From: a virus
Taxonomy: Duplodnaviria; Heunggongvirae; Uroviricota; Caudoviricetes; Crassvirales
Direction: 5' to 3' (one strand)
DNA length: 64,000 nt
Virus record (IMG/VR): IMGVR_UViG_3300020050_008479
A program made the translations under genes and the position numbers. Numbering within the stretch: the first letter of the stretch is position 1; each line of letters opens with the position of its first letter. Below are positions 1-10,046 of the stretch, piece after piece. Below the pieces are notes generated by a model that saw only the letters and a program-made list of their open reading frames with translations, had not been told where the DNA came from and ran no database searches.

Positions 1-1
1 A

Positions 2-1015
2 TTACACTGCGGCAATAACTGCTACTGAACCAGCTCCTAAAATTGTGTTAAGATTCGCTACCATTGCATTAAACTGTGCGTTAGGCACGGCTGCAGTTGG
101 CATAGCGATAGTAATACCTTTTTTAGATTGCTTAGCTTCGTCTCTACCTAAAGAGAAATAACCAATTTCAATCACATTGTAAGTGTTACTTAGAACAGAA
201 TCATAAGTTCCTACGAAGTTATGAGGTGCTCCCATCTCACGGTACACATCGTTTCTTTCACCTTTCAAGTACCATTCCATATCAGCAATACTGTATCCAT
301 CTCCAATTGCAGGTTTTGCGGCAACTACTGTGAAAACAGGAAGAGTTGTGAATTTAGCATTTACTACGAAAGGCATTGAAGTCCTTGTATGACGTCCCAA
401 TTGATAAGTCAATCCAACCCAAGTATTCTTTTCAGTGATAACTAAAGCAGCGTTAGCTCCTGTGCCAGTTTTTGTGAAAGAGAAATAAGCATTGTCCGGG
501 ATCTGAACTACAGAAGCATTCGCTAATGTGTATGCAGTAGTTGTTGAAAGTAATGGCTCTTCTCTTTTGAAGTTACGAGCTAATGCTTGAACTAAACCAT
601 CTACAATATTCTCTGCTGTGTTACCGGCAACTGCTTTGTAGAAAGCTTTTTTGATGTATTCATTTTCTGCTGATAAAGAACCAAAGTCTTTGATTGCGAT
701 TTCAACTGTATACAATGTGTTTGCATTTACTGTAATTCCAGAAATAGTAGTTGATCCTAAAACTTGAGCTGAATAAGCTCTTGATTTTGATAATGTAACA
801 TTCTTTGGATCAACGATATCTGATGTGATAAGTGTTCCTTTGTTACTCTTTTGCATGAAGACGAACTTCTTGCCAGCTGCTGGTGCTGTACCGTCTGCTG
901 ATAAGATAGCTAATGCTCCATTAGCTCCAGCTTTTACAGCTGCAACGTTTGCATGTCCAGGGTACGTAAGGGCTACATACATCTGTCTAACTTGATTTTG
1001 TCCTGCTAAACTCAT
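2..1015 (-). CDS. virion structural protein (possible major tail/tube-like), partial; C-terminus runs off window start
   Basis: 337-aa ORF with no stop before position 2; Ala/Thr/Val-rich beta-type composition; last gene of the late block after the capsid genes. Confidence 0.45.
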   Translation of the reverse strand: MSLAGQNQVRQMYVALTYPGHANVAAVKAGANGALAILSADGTAPAAGKKFVFMQKSNKGTLITSDIVDPKNVTLSKSRAYSAQVLGSTTISGITVNANTLYTVEIAIKDFGSLSAENEYIKKAFYKAVAGNTAENIVDGLVQALARNFKREEPLLSTTTAYTLANASVVQIPDNAYFSFTKTGTGANAALVITEKNTWVGLTYQLGRHTRTSMPFVVNAKFTTLPVFTVVAAKPAIGDGYSIADMEWYLKGERNDVYREMGAPHNFVGTYDSVLSNTYNVIEIGYFSLGRDEAKQSKKGITIAMPTAAVPNAQFNAMVANLNTILGAGSVAVIAAV

Positions 1016-1034
1016 AATTATAAATTGTTTTTAA

Positions 1035-1772
1035 TTAAACTACTCTTTGATTTGTTTGAATTTTACTCTGAAGACTATTTTCTCTATAGTCCCTGATGGC
1101 TAACTCAACAGCCCTGTTTAATATTTCTCTGTGAATACTCTCGTCTAATTCACATTGCTTTATTTGGTTTAATCCATTCACTGTTAATCCTAATCCTGTA
1201 ACAGAAGCATCTAACTCAAAGTTAGCTAAAACTATTGGCGAGGGATATTTTACATACCTCATTGAATAAGAGATTAATGGCACTTCAGAAACCAATTCTA
1301 CATTCTTTAATGTAGCGTCTTTAGATATGTCCAGTCTAAATACCCTTTTTCCATTTGGCTTCCTAAAAGGATTCTTCATGCTTGAATTTAAGTCGTCGTA
1401 ACTTATTGGGTTAACTTCAACTGTAACTCTTTCTCCGCAGTTATTGGATAAGTCCGCGGCCTCATATACAATATACATTACATCTGCCGGAATGTTTACT
1501 AACTTTGATTTAGTTGAAAGTGACTTTGATGAAGTAATAAAAGATGCTGATTTAAAATCTTTAACTAGCTCTGATAATTCTCTTCTTTTTTGTTCGTCTC
1601 CTTCAAAACTCCTTTTTAATGGATTGTATCCGCAGTAAGCCGCTTTTACTAATTCAAATTGAGCTGTAGTTAAATACACACTCTTTTCGTAAACATCCAG
1701 TCCAGGAGCAGAACTGCTTGAAATATTGTCATAAAGAATGTCAAATTCAGTACTAAATTCTGCTACTGTCAT
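1035..1772 (-). CDS. hypothetical structural protein
   Basis: 245-aa ORF tightly packed between structural genes on the same strand. Confidence 0.45.
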   Translation of the reverse strand: MTVAEFSTEFDILYDNISSSSAPGLDVYEKSVYLTTAQFELVKAAYCGYNPLKRSFEGDEQKRRELSELVKDFKSASFITSSKSLSTKSKLVNIPADVMYIVYEAADLSNNCGERVTVEVNPISYDDLNSSMKNPFRKPNGKRVFRLDISKDATLKNVELVSEVPLISYSMRYVKYPSPIVLANFELDASVTGLGLTVNGLNQIKQCELDESIHREILNRAVELAIRDYRENSLQSKIQTNQRVV

Positions 1773-1783
1773 GGTCTATATTT

Positions 1784-2707
1784 TTATTGTTTAGAATTCT
1801 TCAATTTTGCTTGCAATGCAAGTCTCATTTCTTGTCCTAATGGAGAAGCTAAATACTTAGCGGCAGTTTCCAATACTGGAATATCTCCCTCAGAAATTGG
1901 CTGATTGTCCAAAGTATAGAATTTCTTGTCAGTCTTGATGACAACTCCATTTTCAAAAGCTTCTTCTAAAAGAACCTTAGTTTCAATCAATGGATCAGCA
2001 GTAACTGCAACAAACATGTTTGGATCTTTCTCAATCATTTTAGCTGTCTCAACTTGCAAGAAGCTTAACTCTTGAGTCTTAGAAGTATAACGTCCTAAGT
2101 TTCTTAAGATATATCTCAAGACATCTTTCTTGTTTTTGAATTCTACATACTTCTCGAAAGCAAGTACTTTGTTTCCAACAGAATCTTTTTCTTTTCTCAA
2201 TTCTTCTCCTTCAGCAATCATTACAAAACGGTATGTAGCTTTATTTCTAATCTCATCTAAGCTTGACGCAACTAATGGACTAACTAACAATACTTTGTAA
2301 AGTAAATACTGAACTGGATCTGACAAGTCAAATTTAACATCATCTTTACCTAAGAATACAGGAAACATTCCTCCTTTTTTGTACTCTTCTTTCCAGAATG
2401 CACCGTAGATACTTAAATCTTTTTTAAGTAAGTATTCCAAACCAGCTTTCTCTTTGTTGGTTAAGATATTCTTCATTTTGTTATTGTCTAACAATGGCAC
2501 CGGAATTGCAATTGAACTGTTCTCAAACAATCCACCGTATCCAACGTGCTTTGGATCTTTAATTGCAGCAGTCTCTTTACGAATGTACTTTACAGTAACA
2601 ACTTCTGCTCTTAAAAAATCTGTTGAAGGCAATTCATTTCCTTGGTAATCTTTTTCAGCAATAGCTCTACTATCGTCTTGAAACTTGTCTTTATTCTTTT
2701 CACTCAT
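1784..2707 (-). CDS. hypothetical head/neck-associated protein
   Basis: 307-aa ORF immediately downstream of the capsid gene, same strand. Confidence 0.45.
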   Translation of the reverse strand: MSEKNKDKFQDDSRAIAEKDYQGNELPSTDFLRAEVVTVKYIRKETAAIKDPKHVGYGGLFENSSIAIPVPLLDNNKMKNILTNKEKAGLEYLLKKDLSIYGAFWKEEYKKGGMFPVFLGKDDVKFDLSDPVQYLLYKVLLVSPLVASSLDEIRNKATYRFVMIAEGEELRKEKDSVGNKVLAFEKYVEFKNKKDVLRYILRNLGRYTSKTQELSFLQVETAKMIEKDPNMFVAVTADPLIETKVLLEEAFENGVVIKTDKKFYTLDNQPISEGDIPVLETAAKYLASPLGQEMRLALQAKLKNSKQ

Positions 2708-2844
2708 GATTCATTCTTCTTTTTATTGATTCTTCTTCTCTCTCTTATGAAGTTGTAGGATTGATAAGCTCACTTCCTACTAAAGCATTTGTTTGCAAAT
2801 ATAGCGAGATACTTTTAATATCTCGCTATTTCTACTAATTATTA

Positions 2845-4344
2845 TTACGCAAGAACGTAAGGGATAATCTGTGCAGTTCTAGAAGGGTCGTAAACAACAA
2901 CTCCTAATTGACACCATTTAGTAATGGTTCCTGCATCTTCCAATGTTCCCATGTTACCGTTGTTGGCTTCTCCAGTAAATGGATTTCTGAAACCCCATTG
3001 GTAACCTCTGTACTCTTCTTTTCCAGTAACCTTGACTTGTTGGATGTTAGGATCTTCTGGTGTTCCGATGTAGAAGATATCGAATCTGTAAGATTCAGCA
3101 ACTCCATTAGAACCAGGAATACGGATTGTATTTCTTACTTTGTCATCGTAGAAGTCATCAACCTCAACTTTAACAGTTACACCGTTTGGTGCTAAATACT
3201 CTGTAAATTGGAAACCTGCTTTGAATGCATTTGCGTGCAATTCAGATTGAGTTTTCATTACAGTGGCAGGGTTTGTACCTGGAGTTGACATGTTAGCAGC
3301 CCATCCTGAAGTGTGGTTTAATACAGCTTTGTGGAATTCAGCAGCTCCTCTTTCTCCAGTTCTTAAGATAAAGACACGTTTGTCAAATCCTAATTTTCCT
3401 TCTGACAATCCGAACAAGATTTCTTCCAACATCTCCAATGAGAACTCATTGTAGTAGAAAGTATTTGATTGTTCCATTTGTTCACGGATACCTGATCCAA
3501 TTTTGATAGCTCTACCAGAAACATCAAAGTTATGGTATTCACCGTCAGCAGTTCTGTTGGATTTACCATACATTAATGCTTTGTTTTTGTAAGCAGAAAA
3601 TTCTTGCTCAACTAACCAGTCTTCATAAAGGGCCAAAGTAGGGAATACTTTTTTGTTACCTTCTTTATCTAGAACTGGGATACCCATTGCTACTTTTTTA
3701 CCAGTTGCATCTCCAGGTAATTTGTGGTCGATACGGATAGTAGTTAACTCACCTCTCATAGAGATTGGAGTAACACGTCTAACACCACCAACTTCTCTAG
3801 ATAATCCACGACCTACTGGCGCAAACTCTTCTGAGAATCTTTTTCCTGAAACTAATTCTTCACCAGGAATACCATCTCTGTTTGAACCTGCACATTCGCA
3901 AGTATAAACATAAAGGTTACCTTCTGGACTACCATCGTCAATAACACGGATTGGGTAAACTTCATTTTTCTCTCCTGTAATTAATTCTCCTTTGAAGAAC
4001 CATTGCTCTGGGAAAGCTAATTCGAAAGTTGTACGACCTTCTCCAATATTGAAATCTCCGGCAGTTACCGTAGCTCCTTTGTAGCGCGCCTCATATAAAG
4101 GAATGTTACGTCTAGAACTTCCGATAAGTTCCCAATAGAACTCTCTATCGTCCTCTACATATTTTGTTTCAAATTGACTAAGCATATTCTCAAGAGATTT
4201 ACCTCTGTGGATTGCTAGTAATTTGATCATTGTGTCGTTAATCTTTTGTGGGTTCATCTTCCAAATAGCACCTAAAGTGTTTTCTGGATTAATCATTCCT
4301 GCAAAAGCCTTAGCGTCTGTTACCTGAAATTTACCTAATTGCAT
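2845..4344 (-). CDS. major capsid protein (putative)
   Basis: 499-aa ORF directly downstream of an acidic coiled-coil scaffold-like gene; composition and size are capsid-like; conserved late-gene order scaffold then capsid. Confidence 0.6.
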   Translation of the reverse strand: MQLGKFQVTDAKAFAGMINPENTLGAIWKMNPQKINDTMIKLLAIHRGKSLENMLSQFETKYVEDDREFYWELIGSSRRNIPLYEARYKGATVTAGDFNIGEGRTTFELAFPEQWFFKGELITGEKNEVYPIRVIDDGSPEGNLYVYTCECAGSNRDGIPGEELVSGKRFSEEFAPVGRGLSREVGGVRRVTPISMRGELTTIRIDHKLPGDATGKKVAMGIPVLDKEGNKKVFPTLALYEDWLVEQEFSAYKNKALMYGKSNRTADGEYHNFDVSGRAIKIGSGIREQMEQSNTFYYNEFSLEMLEEILFGLSEGKLGFDKRVFILRTGERGAAEFHKAVLNHTSGWAANMSTPGTNPATVMKTQSELHANAFKAGFQFTEYLAPNGVTVKVEVDDFYDDKVRNTIRIPGSNGVAESYRFDIFYIGTPEDPNIQQVKVTGKEEYRGYQWGFRNPFTGEANNGNMGTLEDAGTITKWCQLGVVVYDPSRTAQIIPYVLA

Positions 4345-4370
4345 GTGTATTTAATTTAAAAGTGTTATTG

Positions 4371-5483
4371 TTATTCGAACTTGACTCCTTCAAGATCTTT
4401 TAGAGTAAACGTACTCATGTCGTCCTTGGAATCTGTAATTATTTTTCCATCTCCTGTGAAATTAGCTCCTCTTAATAGAGATTCAATTCCTTTAGAAATA
4501 CTTGTTTCTTTTGCATTGCCAAAAACTGAGAAATCTTTTAAACCTTTCGTTAGGTAGAACAAAGCTTCTAGTTTCATTCGAGATCCAAGTGGATCAGCTT
4601 TCTGAGCTTGAACGAATGCATTTTCTTTGTTTCCTAAATCTGTAGTGATTTGGTCATAAAGTTCTTGTTTTTGAGCAAGAGTTAATTTAACGCCAGGTAT
4701 AATTTCATCTTCCTTATCAACGTATGTTTTGATGTTATTCAAAGCACTAGTTTCTTCTTCTTTTTTAGAAGAGATAAGTGAATTTAATTTTCCTTCCTCT
4801 GACTTTACAATTTCTTTTAAAGCAGTAAGAGCGTCTTCTACATCATCTCCGGAATCAATGCTTCGTTGAGCCATTGCAAGCGCCTTGTCTTTAGCGAAAC
4901 CTTTGTTGATGAAATCTTGAGCAATCACATTCATTCTGAATTCTTCGTTTCCTTCTCCAGAAACATACTCATCAGTAATTGCCTTAAGTTTACCAATTGA
5001 CTCTAATTGTCTCGAAGCTTCTTCAGCAGGGACTCCAGCCTTAACGGCATCTTCAATAGTCTTGTTCCTTGCAGATAATCTTGATTCAACTTCTTTGGTA
5101 ATTGCATTATTGATATCATCCATAGATGCTATCTTGTCTTTATCTAAATCAAGATTTGATAAGATTCCTTTAGCTTTGAATTCGGCAGCTAAAGAAGAAT
5201 ATAACTTTTCAGTATCATTCGGTGTTGGAGAGGAAGAATCAGTACCTTCCTTCTTGGCTTCTGGAGCCTTACCATCTTGATTAGTTTTATCTTCTTCCTG
5301 TTTAGCTACGCTCTCTGGAGTTGTAATAGTTTCTACTACTTTTTTCTCCTCACTATTAGGTGTTGGTATTACAATGTCTTTTGCAGGTTCTCCTGCTTTT
5401 CCTTCTGGCTTCGTTGCAAATACGTCAAACACGTCATCTGAACTTGTATCAAAAGTTAAGTCGTTTAAGTTTAATCCTTCCAT
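4371..5483 (-). CDS. scaffolding protein (putative)
   Basis: 370 aa, strongly acidic, Lys/Glu-rich and predicted coiled-coil, low complexity; sits immediately upstream of the capsid gene. Confidence 0.55.
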   Translation of the reverse strand: MEGLNLNDLTFDTSSDDVFDVFATKPEGKAGEPAKDIVIPTPNSEEKKVVETITTPESVAKQEEDKTNQDGKAPEAKKEGTDSSSPTPNDTEKLYSSLAAEFKAKGILSNLDLDKDKIASMDDINNAITKEVESRLSARNKTIEDAVKAGVPAEEASRQLESIGKLKAITDEYVSGEGNEEFRMNVIAQDFINKGFAKDKALAMAQRSIDSGDDVEDALTALKEIVKSEEGKLNSLISSKKEEETSALNNIKTYVDKEDEIIPGVKLTLAQKQELYDQITTDLGNKENAFVQAQKADPLGSRMKLEALFYLTKGLKDFSVFGNAKETSISKGIESLLRGANFTGDGKIITDSKDDMSTFTLKDLEGVKFE

Positions 5484-5555
5484 AATTCTTTTTGTTTAAT
5501 TCTCCGTTGACAAATTTACATTCTTAAAGCAAATTATCTTCATTGCAATTTATTG

Positions 5556-6155
5556 CTATTTAAACAAAGTGAATGTTTTACTAAAGCCTACGTACACATT
5601 CTTATCTAGGTCAATTGACGCTGTATAGATGTTTCCGGATTTAGTTTGGATCCCAGTTTTTATTAAAGGATTAAATTCAAAGTTTCTATATCCTACCTCC
5701 GCTCCTAGTATAATTGACAGTCTAGGTCTCTGAGTAATAACTCTTTCCTTAATTTCTTGCTGCTTTATTTTAACTTTAGCGCTAGTAGCAATAAGATCTC
5801 CTTGTACTTTAGAATAGACTTCAACACTTACTGTATCGTTGTCAATTACTTTTGTGTTATAATCTCTTATCGTGATTGCCTCAACGAATTGTTCTTTTTT
5901 TTTAACAGTATCCTTTTCTTGAATATAATCATTGTACTTGTCTTTATTAACCACCACAGTCCCGTCTTTGACAACAATGGTCTTTAATTTTATTTTTTCA
6001 ATGAATACTGTATCTGTCACTTTGGTATATTCCGGCTGAACTACCGTGACAATCTTTTCTTTTGGACCTGAACAGGTTCCAAGAATCAAGATTATAGCTA
6101 TAAGGGCTACTATAAAGATATTCTTCATAGTAGCCAATTCTTTTAATTTATCCAT
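5556..6155 (-). CDS. lipoprotein (candidate spanin / lysis accessory)
   Basis: N-terminus MDKLKELATMKNIFIVALIAIILILGTCSG is a signal peptide with a lipobox-like LGTC; lies downstream of the endolysin; start probably at 6155 or 6128, not the 6209 given in the ORF track. Confidence 0.5.
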   Translation of the reverse strand: MDKLKELATMKNIFIVALIAIILILGTCSGPKEKIVTVVQPEYTKVTDTVFIEKIKLKTIVVKDGTVVVNKDKYNDYIQEKDTVKKKEQFVEAITIRDYNTKVIDNDTVSVEVYSKVQGDLIATSAKVKIKQQEIKERVITQRPRLSIILGAEVGYRNFEFNPLIKTGIQTKSGNIYTASIDLDKNVYVGFSKTFTLFK

Positions 6156-6666
6156 AAATCTTTTTGTATAACTCTTTAGTGTAAACAGAGTAAACTGTCT
6201 TTCCAGCAACTTTGTGTGCTATAAGTATTTGCTTTCTATTCGCTTCAGAATAACTTACATGAACCCAAGCTGGACTCTTTCCGTCATCTCCTTCAAACTC
6301 AGCAATCAATTGGTCAAACTTAAGATTGTCTTTAATGAAATTAAATACATCGTTGTTTGTAATGCCATTGTCAATTAGATCTGCATCTATATCCATGGCT
6401 GCTTCATTTTTTCCACTAACAGCTCCGGCACAATGTTGAGAAGTTTTAGAACCTCCAACTGCTTTGTTAAGCGTCAATGACCTAAAGAAAGATATAATAG
6501 CGATAGGCTTACCAATCTTTTCTCTTAAAGGCTCGAATACTTTTTCTGCTAGAATCTTCATTCGTGCAATTTCTTTAGAGTTAGGAATATTTTTTATTCC
6601 AAGTTTAATTCCAGTTGCGGACTTAATGCTTTCTTCGTAACTGATGTGCTTTGAAATTCTTTCCAT
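6148..6666 (-). CDS. endolysin, peptidase M15 family (Zn D-Ala-D-Ala carboxypeptidase / L-Ala-D-Glu peptidase-like)
   Basis: Motifs LNKAVGGSKTSQHCAGAVSGKNEAAMDID and WVHVSY match the H-x6-D ... H zinc triad of Peptidase_M15_3; a holin-like gene is upstream. Confidence 0.7.
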   Translation of the reverse strand: MERISKHISYEESIKSATGIKLGIKNIPNSKEIARMKILAEKVFEPLREKIGKPIAIISFFRSLTLNKAVGGSKTSQHCAGAVSGKNEAAMDIDADLIDNGITNNDVFNFIKDNLKFDQLIAEFEGDDGKSPAWVHVSYSEANRKQILIAHKVAGKTVYSVYTKELYKKIYG

Positions 6667-6667
6667 T

Positions 6668-7162
6668 TTATTTTGTTTTAGCGAATATGTCTTGAATTGC
6701 TTTAGGTAGAAATTGAATCATTCTTTTAAGAATGTTTCTTCCCGAAACAGCTTCCATATTTTCGTAGTTACTGTAAACTTCAACGATACTTGCTACCATG
6801 ATTGCTAGTTCAGTTAATGAGAATTGTTTACTCATTAAGTCAATTGGCTCCATTTTAAAGATCATGCTTTCGAATACTGAGCATACGATAATACCTATTC
6901 CATATTCATAGGTTTTTTTCCAGGTCTCTCTGATCCCGTAACTTTTAACTCCTTTCCAGAATCTTTTTTGCCAAACATAGGCTGTAATTCCTTTTAAGAA
7001 AAAATCTTTTCTTATTCCTGATAATAAATCAAGAAGGATTAATAACGCTAATCCGATGATAGCGCTTTGTGAATTTAACATAACTGTAAGTATTGGAGTT
7101 AATACTAGTAAAATCTTTTTTACAATTGTTAGTTCACCAAAAAATAAAATTAACGATCTCAT
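6668..7162 (-). CDS. holin-like membrane protein
   Basis: 164 aa with about 3 hydrophobic helices (ILLVLTPILTVML, AIIGLALLILLDLL, GIGIIVCSVF); directly upstream of and abutting the endolysin. Confidence 0.45.
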   Translation of the reverse strand: MRSLILFFGELTIVKKILLVLTPILTVMLNSQSAIIGLALLILLDLLSGIRKDFFLKGITAYVWQKRFWKGVKSYGIRETWKKTYEYGIGIIVCSVFESMIFKMEPIDLMSKQFSLTELAIMVASIVEVYSNYENMEAVSGRNILKRMIQFLPKAIQDIFAKTK

Positions 7163-7249
7163 ATTTTTTTTTGTTTTACGACGTGGTGTAAAGGCAAAAT
7201 TAACTACAACTTTGCCTCTTTCACGTCAATCTTTTATAGCTTTAAAAAT

Positions 7250-8413
7250 TTATTTATTCACAAAATAAACGGTTCCTGTTAAATTTGTTGCTGTAGTATT
7301 TGATGCTAACCAAAATGGTAATAAGCAATGACCATTATTAAGTTTTAAATCTAGTTTTCTTTGAAAAGCGGTTGACCCAACATTTGCTACTGTAACTGGT
7401 ACAGTACCTAAAAAATTAAAAGCGATTAAACTAATTGCACCTGCTGTTAATGTAGTACCTAATGTAATAGATTGAATACTTCTTACACCAATATCTCCTT
7501 GTGCTAATTGAAAAGGAACAAATGTACCTATTACTGCTGTTGCTGGAAAAGACATTGTACCTATTCTTCCTGCTACACCATTACTATTAGTGTATGAAAT
7601 TGTAATTCCATTATTAACAGCAGCATTTGTAGTAGCAGTAGTAACTAATATCCCTGCGCCTACACCAAATCCATTAGATGTACCTAAATTATCTCTAAGT
7701 GGTAATGTAGGTTGTGTTATTGCTTGTGCAGTTGTAGTTGTAACTACTAAACCTGTATTAACCCATAAAACATCACCTAAAATAAAAGTTCCTGCTTGAG
7801 ATGCTGTTGTAACAATATCTCTAATGTAGTTTACACCACTTGCAGGAGTTCCTGCTGAAATACAACCTCCATCTGCTACTGTTGTGCCATCTGTATTTCT
7901 ACCATTAATTCCTGGCGTACCTGGTAACCAAGCTCCTGGTGCGCCATTATCTTTAGCAAAACAATAATATTGTCCTGCTGCTTCTGGAGCAGTTCCTACT
8001 TTAAACACTACTCTACTGTCTCCAGATATCTCACTATCTCCCATGTTTTGAAGTTTTACTCTACCTGCTATGTCAAAAACTTCTACCTTATCGTTAACTA
8101 TTCTAAAACTCTCTCCATTTTGCAATCCTATTTTTTGATAAATATATTCTGTTCCTGCTACATCTTTTTTAATTGTTATTGTATTTGAAACTCCGTTGTT
8201 ATAAACGTTTAAATATTGTATTTTACTTGTGGTATTTAAAGATCCAGTAACTAATACTGTCGTTGTCGCAGTTGTTATTATTCCTTCATTACTAATAGGA
8301 GCCGTTGCTGTTGTATTAGTAACATTTGTGTATCCTACTTGGTAATGAATTGAACCAGCAATAGAAGTTTGAAGTTCTAATAAATGTGTTAAAGCTGTTA
8401 AATTTAGTTGCAT
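7250..8413 (-). CDS. Gly/Thr/Asn-rich fibre-like structural protein
   Basis: 387 aa, low-complexity T/G/N/V-rich beta-type sequence typical of fibres or decoration proteins. Confidence 0.4.
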   Translation of the reverse strand: MQLNLTALTHLLELQTSIAGSIHYQVGYTNVTNTTATAPISNEGIITTATTTVLVTGSLNTTSKIQYLNVYNNGVSNTITIKKDVAGTEYIYQKIGLQNGESFRIVNDKVEVFDIAGRVKLQNMGDSEISGDSRVVFKVGTAPEAAGQYYCFAKDNGAPGAWLPGTPGINGRNTDGTTVADGGCISAGTPASGVNYIRDIVTTASQAGTFILGDVLWVNTGLVVTTTTAQAITQPTLPLRDNLGTSNGFGVGAGILVTTATTNAAVNNGITISYTNSNGVAGRIGTMSFPATAVIGTFVPFQLAQGDIGVRSIQSITLGTTLTAGAISLIAFNFLGTVPVTVANVGSTAFQRKLDLKLNNGHCLLPFWLASNTTATNLTGTVYFVNK

Positions 8414-8414
8414 A

Positions 8415-10046
8415 TTATAAATTATTAAATATTGTTTTTATCCTCATTACTTCTTCAAAAGTTATTTCTCCGCCACCTCCTCCTGTTGCGTAGTTAGGAA
8501 TATTTAAGGTGCTTCCAACAAATGTTGAAGCTCCGCTTGTTCCTAAAGTAGTCAATGTTATATTATTTTGTTTACTTGTTAAATCATTGATAAGATTTGT
8601 CACTCCTGATTGAGGTATTCCTGTAAAATTAGATTCATTTACATTAATATCTATTCTGTCTGTTCCTGATAAAACAATAGACATCTTGTTATTTACCGGG
8701 TTTAGTTTATAAAATTCTAGATCAGACAATGTTTTTTGTTTAAAAACACCCACACCCACAGTTCCTGTGTTTGAAGCAGTGTTTACTTCTCCTGAACCAG
8801 CGCCTATGATTATATTACCAGAGCCTTCCAGGCTGCTTCCATTTACTGTTTTTAAAGGTCGTTTTGTTTGAATACTTGCTGTAGTTTCATCTCCTGTATT
8901 TACTCCGCTTGAGTCCCCAGAAAAGGTACCAGACTGAGTTGCTAAAGTTCCCAATCCTGTTATTGTGCTTACTGATTGTGTACCTGTATGATTTTCTCTA
9001 TTTCTATCTGAGTCATGAAAATGAAGATTAGAATTAGAATTATCGTCAAGTGTATTTAAATTAGCCGCAGTTATCGTAACATCAGTAGCTCCATCAGCAA
9101 GTAAATGATTATGAGCTGTAGGTGCATCACCTACAAACTGTATATCGCCATCTGTTATTGCTGTATCAAATTGAGCTTTAGTTCCAGTTATTCCTACTAT
9201 AGAAGTTTGATCACCTGTGTTTACTCCAGACTGATTATTTAACGTAGCTATAGTGGTTATTAGACCTACTAAAGTGTTTGCTGAGTTTACATTTCCTGAA
9301 GGAATTACATAATCAGTTCCAGGTACTGCTGCCGCAATAGTTGTACCATTGCTTTTTACTATTCCATTAATCGCTCTAACTATTGGATCAGTTTCTGAGT
9401 AAGAAGTTAAAAATCCAGAAGGATTTCCACTTAAAGGATAAGCATCTGTTATTCCGTATCCTGAAAGAGTAAAAGGCTTGTTAGTTATTGAGTCAAAAGT
9501 TTGTGCTGGAACTGAACTTATATAACCATTTGGATTTGAAGCGTCGTATTTAGAACTCCACTTGGAATAATTATTTAAAGTGTATGGAGTCACAAATTTA
9601 TCATCATTGACTCCTAAGTTGACTTCTGTAGAATTAGCTTGATATGGTTGCTCTACATAGGACCATACAACTCCTGTAGAATGATAAAGTCCTTTTGGAT
9701 AATAAGTTCCGCCTAAAGAACCTGGAAGCCATTTTGTTCCTTGTTCTGAATCAACAAAATAGAATTTTCCTGCTGCTAACTCAGCTGAAGGCAATTGATT
9801 GTAACCGGAAACTACGTTTATAACTGTTCCTAGTATTAAAGCATTAGTAGCTTCAAGTACAGTTCTGTCTATGTCTTCTTGAGTAACTCCTATTGTTTCG
9901 TTTGATATTTTCAATTCAGAAGGCGTTCCTGATTCTCCATATATAAAAAACTCTCTCGTATCTTCACATAAGTAAACACTACCTGGATTCAATGAGTGTG
10001 GAAGTTCAGATCTTAATCCATAATATTGATTTTGAGTTAATTTCAT
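8415..10046 (-). CDS. tail fibre / receptor-binding-like protein
   Basis: 543 aa; internal repeats (SGVNTGDQTS / SSGVNTGDETT); Gly/Thr/Asn-rich; between the portal-like gene and the lysis cassette. Confidence 0.45.
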   Translation of the reverse strand: MKLTQNQYYGLRSELPHSLNPGSVYLCEDTREFFIYGESGTPSELKISNETIGVTQEDIDRTVLEATNALILGTVINVVSGYNQLPSAELAAGKFYFVDSEQGTKWLPGSLGGTYYPKGLYHSTGVVWSYVEQPYQANSTEVNLGVNDDKFVTPYTLNNYSKWSSKYDASNPNGYISSVPAQTFDSITNKPFTLSGYGITDAYPLSGNPSGFLTSYSETDPIVRAINGIVKSNGTTIAAAVPGTDYVIPSGNVNSANTLVGLITTIATLNNQSGVNTGDQTSIVGITGTKAQFDTAITDGDIQFVGDAPTAHNHLLADGATDVTITAANLNTLDDNSNSNLHFHDSDRNRENHTGTQSVSTITGLGTLATQSGTFSGDSSGVNTGDETTASIQTKRPLKTVNGSSLEGSGNIIIGAGSGEVNTASNTGTVGVGVFKQKTLSDLEFYKLNPVNNKMSIVLSGTDRIDINVNESNFTGIPQSGVTNLINDLTSKQNNITLTTLGTSGASTFVGSTLNIPNYATGGGGGEITFEEVMRIKTIFNNL

